A stretch of 64,000 nucleotides of DNA. It comes from an uncultured Clostridia bacterium. GTDB lineage: Bacteria > Bacillota > Clostridia > Christensenellales > Borkfalkiaceae. Made by a program: the position numbers and the translations under genes. Positions 45,252 to 52,938 of the stretch are shown here, one piece after another. The notes under the pieces are model-generated. The model made no database searches, was not told where the DNA came from, and saw nothing but the letters and a program-made list of their open reading frames with translations. The first letter of the stretch is position 1. The number at the start of each line of letters is the position of its first letter. The stretch spans positions 320 through 64,319 of the forward strand of contig CALVRO010000008.1 of assembly GCA_944358655.1 (NCBI GenBank). The letters run 5' to 3'.

Positions 45252-46181
45252 ATGAAAGGCAGAAAATCGATTGTAGCATTGTCCCTGCTGCTGGCAGGGC
45301 TTATGTCGTTTGCGTTCGTCGGCTGCGTCGGCCCCGGCGGTAACGAAGGCCCCGGCGGTAACGAAGGCAACGGCGGTAACGAAGGCAACGGCGGTAACGA
45401 AGGCAACGGCGGCAACCAGGGCGAGCAGGGAGGCGGCACCATAGACGAAGATTTCGCCTATGCCGACTACCTCATCGGCCACGAGGACGGCAAGGAGGTC
45501 ACCTATGTGTTCGAGGCCGAGTGCACCGACCTCGGCAACAAGAGCGGCCCCGCCTGGTCGGGCTCCTACGCCGAGGACAGCATGATAAGCGTGGCGGAGG
45601 GCGCCAGCGGCGGCGCCGCCGTGCAGGGGCTCTGCAAGTATGGTAACTCCCTAAATTTCCTCGTCGTCGCCGACAGGGACATAGACGACGCCACCCTCGT
45701 CCTGCAGCTGGGCAACATTTTTAAGGGCGGAATGACCCTTACAAGCTCCAACTATGCCATCAGGGTGGACACCATCGTCACGGACGAGGATCTGCTCCCC
45801 GTCGCGGAGGGCGGAGCCATCGGCGCATGGGACGAAAAATTCCTTTGGTTCTACGAAGATATCGAAGAAACGGGCGGATACTATATCACAGACTGGGAGT
45901 GCGGCGACATAACCTTCGCTCCTCCCTCCGATTTCACCGCGGGCAACATCTACATGGGCGACGCCGAAGGGTACACCATAACCGCCGAGCTCACCTTGAA
46001 AAAGGGCGTCAACTGCATTTCGCTCATCACTTACAATGGTCCGCAGGAGATAATTGGCACCACGCTGACTTCGTATGCGCCCGCCGTCGACTGCATAGAG
46101 ATAACCACCGACGCTCAGATGGGCATGTACTACAACGAGCCCAACGGCGGCTACAACGATAACGGCTGCTTTATAAAATAA
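45252..46181 (+). CDS. Lipoprotein with a Gly/Asn/Glu repeat linker and a CBM6/35-like domain
   Basis: Signal plus lipobox SFAFVGC. Then (GNEGxG) x5. Then YVFEAECTDL...CIEITT, which resembles the CBM6/CBM35-like beta-sandwich proteins that begin with an (F)EAE motif. The ATG at 45252 follows GAGG. Confidence 0.72.
   Translation: MKGRKSIVALSLLLAGLMSFAFVGCVGPGGNEGPGGNEGNGGNEGNGGNEGNGGNQGEQGGGTIDEDFAYADYLIGHEDGKEVTYVFEAECTDLGNKSGPAWSGSYAEDSMISVAEGASGGAAVQGLCKYGNSLNFLVVADRDIDDATLVLQLGNIFKGGMTLTSSNYAIRVDTIVTDEDLLPVAEGGAIGAWDEKFLWFYEDIEETGGYYITDWECGDITFAPPSDFTAGNIYMGDAEGYTITAELTLKKGVNCISLITYNGPQEIIGTTLTSYAPAVDCIEITTDAQMGMYYNEPNGGYNDNGCFIK
45330..45419 (+). repeat. 18-bp in-frame tandem repeat x5 (GNEGxG linker)
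   Basis: ggc(c/a)(c/a)cggcggtaacgaa repeated head-to-tail five times. Confidence 0.9.
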
Positions 46182-46197
46182 AAGTGCGGGAGGCGAA

Positions 46198-49137
46198 ATG
46201 AAAAAGTTATTCAAAAGAGTGTCATTCCGCGTCTGGTTCATAGTCACGGCCATACTTGTGGCGCTCGTCGTCACAGTCAACGTGCTCATCAACACCACAT
46301 TCTATTCGCTGTTCTGCTTTCTGTTCGGCCAGCCCGAAGTGGCCAGCGTCGACACCGAAAATTACGACTATCCCTACGAGAGGATAGAGGGCGCCGACAC
46401 CAAGGACACGGCGCGCGCCTACGGCGAAAAGATCACCGAGGAGATCTGCGAGGAGGGCTTCACCCTGTTGAAGAACGAGGACGAGGCTCTGCCCATCACC
46501 GAACCCAACGCCAAGGTCAGCATATTCGGCAAAAACTCCTCCAACATGGCCGTCGGCGGTTCGGGCTCGGGCGGCGCGAGCGGCGCGGGCGCAAAGACCA
46601 TATTCGACAGCCTCGAAGCCGTAAACATAGAGTACAACCCCCAGCTCAAGGCCTTCTACGACGGTTCGGAGTCGGGCCCCGGCAGGGACAGCAACCCCTC
46701 CGACCTCGACAGCGGCAAGACGATAACCTTAAAGACGGGCGAAACCGACCCCGGCAGCTATCCCGCCGCGCTGTGGGAGAGCTGCTCGGAGTATAACGAC
46801 GCGGCCATAATAGTCATCACAAGAATAGGCGGCGAGGGCTTCGACCTGCCCCGCAGCTACTTAAAACTCGACGAAAACGAGGAGGCCCTCGTCGAAAAGG
46901 TGTGCAGCATGGACTTTGAAAGGGTCATCGTGCTCGTAAACACCGCCAACACGCTCGAACTCAACGGCCTCAAGAGCAACAAGGACGTCGACGCCATACT
47001 GTGGACGGGCTTTGCGGGCAATTCGGGCATCATGGCTCTGGGCAGGATACTCACGGGCGAAGTCAATCCCTCCGGCCACACCGTCGACACATACGCCACC
47101 CTCGAAAGCAATCCCACATGGAACAACATGGGCGGCGAGGGCGGCTACGGCTCGTACCTCTTCGAGGCCAAGCGCGGCACCTATGAGTCGCAGGTGTACT
47201 ACGTCAAGTACGAAGAGGGCATCTATTCGGGCTACCGCTACTACGAAACGGCATACGCCGAGGCGCAGGAGGGCAACTTTAAAGGCTTCGACTACGACGC
47301 CGTTGTAAGCTATCCCTTCGGCTACGGCCTCAGCTACACGCAGTTCGCGTGGGAGCTCGTCAACGCCGACGAGATACCCTCGGCCATCACCGCCGACACC
47401 AAGATGACCTTTAAGATAAAGGTGACCAATATCGGCGAGATGACGGGCAGGGACGTCGTTCAGCTCTACGTCACGGCCCCTCACACGCACGGCGGCATAG
47501 AAAAGCCGGCCAAGCTGCTCGTCGGCTTCGCCAAGACCGAGCCCATCGAAGCGGGCCAGTCCGACACCGTTGAAATAACCATAGATTCGCCCTACACCTA
47601 CGCCAGCTACGACAACTACGGCGTGGGCAGCGACGACGGCTACCGCGGCTACATTGTGGAGGAGGGCGAGTATAAGTTCACCATCTCCACCGACGCGCAC
47701 ACCGCAAAGGATATGGATGACGCCGTCGTCACGGCTTCCGCCGCCGCCGACATAAGGTACGAAAACGACCCCACCACGGGCGTCAAGGTGGAAAACCGCT
47801 ACACCGACTGCGAGGACGAATGGGACAACAGCGACACCGAGCTGCAGACTCAGCTTTCAAGGTCGGATTTCGCAGGCACATGGCCCGCAGACTATAAGGA
47901 CACCAATCCCATTCTGGACACCGACTCGCAGTTTATCGCAAGGATAAAGTCCACCGAGTCCGACCACAACAATACCGAGGCCTCGGAATACACCATGCCC
48001 GCAACGGGCGCTTACAGGGGCATCGAGTTCAACGACCTCATAGGCGTCGATATAAACACCGAGGAGGGCGCAAAGCTCTGGTCGGATTTCATGGATCAGC
48101 TCACCGTCAACGAGATGCTTGACCTCATCAACAACGGCGGCTACAAGACCAATGCCATAGCGCGTCTGCAGGTGCCCCCTTCAAGTTCTTCGGACGGCCC
48201 CGTGGGCTGGGTAAACTTCATCACGGGTGAAGATTCCAACGTCTACGGCACCTGCACCTACTGCAGCGAGGTCATAATGGCCTCAACATGGAATCTTGAA
48301 AGGGTGTACGATTACGGCGTTGCCGTGGGCAACGAGGGTCTCGTCGGCAACGAAAGGGGCGACGGCTCGCCCTATTCGGGCCTCTGGGCACCCGGCCTCA
48401 ATCTGCACCGCTCGCCCTTAGGCGGAAGAAACTTCGAGTATTTCTCCGAGGACAGCTTCCTCAGCGGACAGATGGCGGCCTCCGTCATCAAGGGCGGCGC
48501 CACCAAGGGCGTCTACTTCGACATAAAGCACTTCGCCGTCAACGAGCAGGAGACCCGCCGTTCGATAACCGGCCTCGTCACATGGATAAGCGAACAGCCC
48601 CTGCGCGAAGTCTACTTAAAGGGCTTCGAAATCGCCATAAAAACAGCTCAGCAAAACTACACGCAGGCGGCCGACGGGACGAGAACGGAGGGCGGCGCCG
48701 TAAAGGGGCTTGGCATAATGTCCTCGTTCAACCGCATAGGCGCGCGCTGGACGGGCGGCGACTACCGCCTTATTACCAACATCCTCAAGGAGGAGTGGGG
48801 CTTCTACGGCATAGTCATCTGCGACTTCAACACCGTTCCCTACGTCAACGAAAGGGATATGTTCTACGCGGGCGGCAACCTCAATCTGCAGATAGCCGGC
48901 CTCGAACTGTGGGAGGACTGCAACAGCTCAAGCGCCGCCGACGTGCGCGTGCTGCGCAACGCCGCGCAGGAAGTGCTGTACACGGTGGCAAACAGCAACG
49001 CCTATCGCGGATACTTCGTCCTCACCATACCCGTATGGCAGATAGTTACCATAGTCATTGACTGCGTCATAGTTGTCGGGCTTGCGGTATGGGGCTTTAT
49101 CGTCATCAGAAAGATATTGAAGTCCGAAGTTAAATAA
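46198..49137 (+). CDS. Membrane-bound glycoside hydrolase family 3 (GH3-B) with N- and C-terminal TM helices
   Basis: RBS GGGAGG. N-terminal TM VWFIVTAILVALVVTVNVLI. Same permuted order as GH3-A (FTLLKNEDEALPI ... GYGLSYTQF ... KVTNIGEMTGRDVVQLYV ... GLNLHRSPLGGRNFEYFSED, KHFAVNEQE, GIVICDF). C-terminal TM IPVWQIVTIVIDCVIVVGLAVWGFIVI followed by RKILKSEVK. Confidence 0.92.
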   Translation: MKKLFKRVSFRVWFIVTAILVALVVTVNVLINTTFYSLFCFLFGQPEVASVDTENYDYPYERIEGADTKDTARAYGEKITEEICEEGFTLLKNEDEALPITEPNAKVSIFGKNSSNMAVGGSGSGGASGAGAKTIFDSLEAVNIEYNPQLKAFYDGSESGPGRDSNPSDLDSGKTITLKTGETDPGSYPAALWESCSEYNDAAIIVITRIGGEGFDLPRSYLKLDENEEALVEKVCSMDFERVIVLVNTANTLELNGLKSNKDVDAILWTGFAGNSGIMALGRILTGEVNPSGHTVDTYATLESNPTWNNMGGEGGYGSYLFEAKRGTYESQVYYVKYEEGIYSGYRYYETAYAEAQEGNFKGFDYDAVVSYPFGYGLSYTQFAWELVNADEIPSAITADTKMTFKIKVTNIGEMTGRDVVQLYVTAPHTHGGIEKPAKLLVGFAKTEPIEAGQSDTVEITIDSPYTYASYDNYGVGSDDGYRGYIVEEGEYKFTISTDAHTAKDMDDAVVTASAAADIRYENDPTTGVKVENRYTDCEDEWDNSDTELQTQLSRSDFAGTWPADYKDTNPILDTDSQFIARIKSTESDHNNTEASEYTMPATGAYRGIEFNDLIGVDINTEEGAKLWSDFMDQLTVNEMLDLINNGGYKTNAIARLQVPPSSSSDGPVGWVNFITGEDSNVYGTCTYCSEVIMASTWNLERVYDYGVAVGNEGLVGNERGDGSPYSGLWAPGLNLHRSPLGGRNFEYFSEDSFLSGQMAASVIKGGATKGVYFDIKHFAVNEQETRRSITGLVTWISEQPLREVYLKGFEIAIKTAQQNYTQAADGTRTEGGAVKGLGIMSSFNRIGARWTGGDYRLITNILKEEWGFYGIVICDFNTVPYVNERDMFYAGGNLNLQIAGLELWEDCNSSSAADVRVLRNAAQEVLYTVANSNAYRGYFVLTIPVWQIVTIVIDCVIVVGLAVWGFIVIRKILKSEVK

Positions 49138-49182
49138 AACCTCCCTTCCGTAGGATATTTTACGGACGATCACCCGATCTAA

Positions 49183-49215
49183 AAAGCTCTGTTTCGCTAA
49201 GAAACAGAGCTTTTA
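49183..49215 (+). terminator. Intrinsic terminator after GH3-B
   Basis: AAAGCTCTGTTTC-gctaa-GAAACAGAGCTTT followed by T. Confidence 0.8.
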
Positions 49216-49557
49216 CCTTATTATAATTATAGCGTGATTTTAGCGTGACTATAGTATAAAATAATGCCGCAAAGGGCGGGTGTTTTTTTAAAGTTCAATA
49301 AAACCGATAATCAAGCAGTTAGGGATAGATCTCCTCAAATTTATCCGGCCAAGCCATCTGGTCAACCTGCGCTAAGTCATGGGCGCCGACGGTCAGACGG
49401 TGACGGTGGCGGGACACAAGCTGGCTATGTCGCGTTCGCGGCGCAAAGAATTCATGCACTATCTAAGGTCTTATCTAATGAGGATTCATAGTGAACGGGC
49501 GCGGACGAGTAAATCCTGTCCGCGCCCGTGATTTTGGCTATAATATCTGAGTTGATA

Positions 49558-49779
49558 TCATTTTAACGGGTATCTTTCTTCAATGTTATAATCTAAGTAA
49601 GTTGAACGAATTAGGTGGCAGAGTTGTAAAACTTCCAGGCATTCCGCGTATGCATATATCTGTCCCGTGCGGAAATCGCTATCCCCGTAAAGATCGTTTG
49701 ATTGGGTAAGTTCCTGCAAAGAAGTATGTATTACGTTTATTAGATGTTCGATAACCTTTTTTTCGTTTAGTGTGCTCAT
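49558..49779 (-). CDS. Hypothetical 73-aa protein (low-GC islet)
   Basis: Intact ORF in a ~33% GC segment. No family recognised. Same strand as the 153-aa ORF and 65 nt downstream of it. Confidence 0.45.
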   Translation of the reverse strand: MSTLNEKKVIEHLINVIHTSLQELTQSNDLYGDSDFRTGQIYAYAECLEVLQLCHLIRSTYLDYNIEERYPLK

Positions 49780-49844
49780 ATTGCAATTTTATCGTCGGTT
49801 TTATAAAAGTGCTCGCAAAGTATAATGCTTATATGCCTGTCCTG

Positions 49845-50306
49845 TTAGTTGCCGCGAGACGCAGAAATCAAAGGCGGTATGCTTTCAAGTTTAAGATTGC
49901 GTAATGCGGGAATGTTTATATTGAGAAGCATCGTTAGTTTGTATTCGATAAGGCGGGCTATAAGCAACGGCAGAGGGGTAGATTTAAGTTTTTCATATTC
50001 CCGCAGAAAGATTTTGGCATAGTGTTTGCAATGTAAACGTATGGCCTTTTTGTTGTAGTGGCAAACATCTGTTAATTGTTCGTATGAGAGACTAAAATTC
50101 ACGGGGCGGCAGATTATTTGAATGAAGTCGCGGAAGAGGTTTGGGTTTTCAATTGTCTGCAGATGATTTAATGCAGAAGCCAATGCAAGCAGAGAGGGTA
50201 GATTGATATGTTCGGATTTGCAGGTTTCAATTTTACGCATTTCATTGATGACTTTATCTTTGGATTTAGACATGGCAAAAATTGATAAAATTACATTTTT
50301 CGCCAT
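49845..50306 (-). CDS. Hypothetical 153-aa protein (low-GC islet)
   Basis: Intact ORF, alpha-helical-looking and Lys/Leu-rich. No family recognised. Confidence 0.5.
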   Translation of the reverse strand: MAKNVILSIFAMSKSKDKVINEMRKIETCKSEHINLPSLLALASALNHLQTIENPNLFRDFIQIICRPVNFSLSYEQLTDVCHYNKKAIRLHCKHYAKIFLREYEKLKSTPLPLLIARLIEYKLTMLLNINIPALRNLKLESIPPLISASRGN

Positions 50307-50617
50307 TATTATATATAAAGCGGCAGCAGTTATACGGTAGAAATTTTACCGTTTTAAAAAAATATATAAAATTTTTTATTTATAAAGTCTGATGTTAGGG
50401 GGTGGTGAATATAATGCCGGTAATTGCGGAAGGCAAAGATGTCCGCATTGCCGTTAACAAAGGCAGTATGACGCCGTACCGTGCCAAAAGAAAGGAGTGT
50501 TGTGCGAAGAGACGCGCCGCCATACGCTGAATTCTTTTCATTATCTATATGTGTTGGCAGAAAAAGATAATTTAATGGGACATATTTTGCAAAATTTCAG
50601 AAAAGTGACCCCTTAAC

Positions 50618-50646
50618 TTGCCTTTTTGTCTTTCGCCTGCTACAAT
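50618..50646 (+). promoter_or_regulatory. Candidate promoter of the first COG1373-type ATPase
   Basis: TTGCCT, a 17-nt spacer, then TACAAT, 24 nt before the RBS AAGGAGGA. Confidence 0.5.
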
Positions 50647-50670
50647 ATATATTTGAAAGGAGGACTGAAA

Positions 50671-51900
50671 ATGCAATTATATGTTCGCGAAAAGTATCTT
50701 AAAAAGATGCGCGGGTTTTACCATGATACCGAAGTCATCAAGGTAATTACGGGCGTAAGGCGTTCGGGTAAGTCTTGCCTCATGGAGATGGTTAAAAATG
50801 AATTATTGCAGGGCGATGTTCGGCCTGGGAACATCATCTTTCTCGATCTGGACAGTAAGGCATACAGAAAGGTAAAATCGGCAAACGTGTTGGAGGGGCT
50901 TATCGACTCTTGTTCCGAAGCCGATGGTACAAAATATCTGTTTATAGACGAAATTCAGAACGTAAAAGATTTTGAAGAGGTAGTCAATGCCTTCCGCGGC
51001 AGCGGGGAGTACTCCATATTTATCACCGGCTCCAATTCCTATCTGTTGAGCGGCGAGCTCGCAACCAAACTTACCGGCAGATATGTGGAGTTTGAGCTCT
51101 TCCCGCTCAGCTTCGACGAATATCTCGATATGAAGGCGTTTTTGGGCAGGGATGTCAACGCAAACCTCTTGATAGAGCTGAATAACTACTTGCAGGAAGG
51201 CGGCTTCCCCAAGGCAATGCAGTATGATGATTTTGCCGATAAGCGCACTTATGTAAGATCGGTTATCGACGAGATCTTTGAAAAGGATATAAAACGTCGG
51301 ATTAAGGTGCGCAACGTAGAAACCTTCAACAACGTAAGGAATTTTATCATAAACAATTTCGGCGCGACGGTCAGTATAAAGAGTTTGCAGGAGGCTTTAT
51401 CTAAAAACGGAATGGCGGTAAAGCGTGCGACGTTATCGAGATATATCGAAGCGCTCCTTCAGAGCAAGATATTGTATCAATGTGATCGTTTCGATATGAA
51501 ATCCAAGCGCGCGCTCAGTGGCGAGAAAAAATATTATCTTGCCGATATCTCATTTTATTTTGCAACCAATACCGATAACCGCATAAACTATGGCCCCGCT
51601 TTGGAAAATATGGTTTATATCTACGCAAGAAGCCTCGATTATGCGGCGAGCGTCGGCAGGATAGGGAAGTTGGAATGTGACTTCATTCTTAGGGACAATA
51701 AACTCAATTATAGTTATGTGCAGGTTGCTTATACAATAGGTGAGAACAAGAGTACGGAGGATAGAGAGTATGCGCCGCTGGAGGCGATTGCGGACAATTA
51801 TCCGAAATATGTTCTAACTACCGACTATCTGCTGCAAAACAGAAACGGCATCAAACATTTGAATTTGCTTGAATTTATGAAAAATCACTTGGCTTTTTGA
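50671..51900 (+). CDS. AAA-family ATPase with a DUF4143-type C-terminal domain (COG1373-like)
   Basis: MQLYVREKYLKKM...VITGVRRSGKS (Walker A), YLFIDEIQ (Walker B), SIFITGSNSYLL, then the C-terminal YYLADISFYF...ECDFIL restriction-endonuclease-like/DUF4143 pattern. The ATG at 50671 follows AAGGAGGA. Confidence 0.88.
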   Translation: MQLYVREKYLKKMRGFYHDTEVIKVITGVRRSGKSCLMEMVKNELLQGDVRPGNIIFLDLDSKAYRKVKSANVLEGLIDSCSEADGTKYLFIDEIQNVKDFEEVVNAFRGSGEYSIFITGSNSYLLSGELATKLTGRYVEFELFPLSFDEYLDMKAFLGRDVNANLLIELNNYLQEGGFPKAMQYDDFADKRTYVRSVIDEIFEKDIKRRIKVRNVETFNNVRNFIINNFGATVSIKSLQEALSKNGMAVKRATLSRYIEALLQSKILYQCDRFDMKSKRALSGEKKYYLADISFYFATNTDNRINYGPALENMVYIYARSLDYAASVGRIGKLECDFILRDNKLNYSYVQVAYTIGENKSTEDREYAPLEAIADNYPKYVLTTDYLLQNRNGIKHLNLLEFMKNHLAF

Positions 51901-52014
51901 GTGTGAATAGTATTAAGATGGCAATAAAACTGTGTCATAACAGATAATTATTCCATATTTTAATTTTGGCAAACGATTGGCAAACAAATTTATAATCATG
52001 TAAAGACCACAAAC

Positions 52015-52050
52015 AACGGCTATATTTATGCAAATATAGCCGTTATTTAT
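52015..52050 (+). terminator. Hairpin terminator after the ATPase
   Basis: AACGGCTATATTT-atgc-AAATATAGCCGTT followed by atttat. Confidence 0.5.
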
Positions 52051-52089
52051 GTATATTTTAAACGCGCTTTCCCCTTCAAGTCCAACAAG

Positions 52090-52634
52090 CGGAGCCGTTT
52101 CGGGGATAATGGCTTTCGGGTACACTTGTTCCATTGTCGGCGCAAATGCCGTTTTGCGGAAATGCTTGTAGCCTCACATTTCCCTGCAACTTTGCTTTGT
52201 TGCGCGTCTCAAACGGCGCAAGGGAAACGCCGTTTTCGGTCACCACGTCGGGCGGACATATGCCCTCGTTCACCTCGCAAGGCAAAACAACACACTGTGT
52301 TGTTTTGAGAATACCTTGCTCGCCCTCTTTCGCGCAAAAGCGATGGTTTTGCGCGAGGTTTGGGATGGTATTTGTTGAATGATAAACTTTGCTTTTAGCG
52401 GGGCGGCGCATTTGCGCCGCCCCGCGATTTCCGTCGTTGCGCTTCTCACACGGCGCAAGGACAACGCCGTTTTCGGTCACCGCGTCGGGCGGACTTATGC
52501 CCTCTTCGCGCAAAAATTTTTTTGCGGGAGCCCTTTTGGAACACAGAAGTTAAGCTCGTCTACGGACGGGCAAGCGAAGCGCCGCTTTGGGGGCACAGCC
52601 GAATAATATGTAATTAGCCATCCAAGGCTCGGGA
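52090..52634. repeat. Mosaic intergenic repeat element, copy 2 (expanded)
   Basis: It shares two terminal blocks with copy 1. It also carries an internally duplicated ~75-bp submodule (52201-52275 and 52437-52510), a CAAAACAAC hairpin (52277-52319) and a GC hairpin (52398-52425). Confidence 0.75.
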
Positions 52635-52845
52635 TTATATTTATTATGTTCCTTTCTCTGTATATCGCATGGCGGATATGAACCGTGTGATACGGAGAAT
52701 ATATTTTTGTCGCGTGCGCGCGGATGCGCGCACGAAAGGAAAAGTAACGCGGCGTGAAAGTATTTGTTGTTTTCTGAAATATACTTTCGTGTTTTTTCGT
52801 GCAATGTGTAAACCGTGCTCAAAATTTGCAAGTTGTGCAAAAAAT

Positions 52846-52874
52846 TTGAGTTGTGCCTCCCCGTGGGGTATGAT
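52846..52874 (+). promoter_or_regulatory. Candidate promoter of GH3-C, overlapped by an 18-nt tandem direct repeat
   Basis: TTGAGT (52846-52851), a 17-nt spacer, then TATGAT (52869-52874). The repeats aaaatttgcAAGTTGTGC / aaaaatttgAGTTGTGC span 52821-52856. Confidence 0.45.
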
Positions 52875-52938
52875 GAGTATGTCAGACGGAAACGATGCGT
52901 TTACGTCGGGCATAAGACAAATCTTCAGGAGGGTAAGA

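Noticed and set aside
49264-49491. 75-aa + ORF, and an antisense reading (..HDLAQVDQMAWPDKFEEIYP) that briefly suggested a recombinase or transposase C-terminal remnant.
   Set aside because: I cannot match either reading to integrase or transposase motifs (no R-H-R-Y context, no DDE). There are no inverted repeats. This is too weak to call a mobile-element remnant without BLASTX.
50414-50530. 38-aa basic sORF (MPVIAEGKDVRIAVNKGSMTPYRAKRKECCAKRRAAIR) with an RBS-like GGGGGTGG.
   Set aside because: It is short, I recognise no family, and I cannot assess conservation. It is mentioned under the islet finding but not called as a feature.
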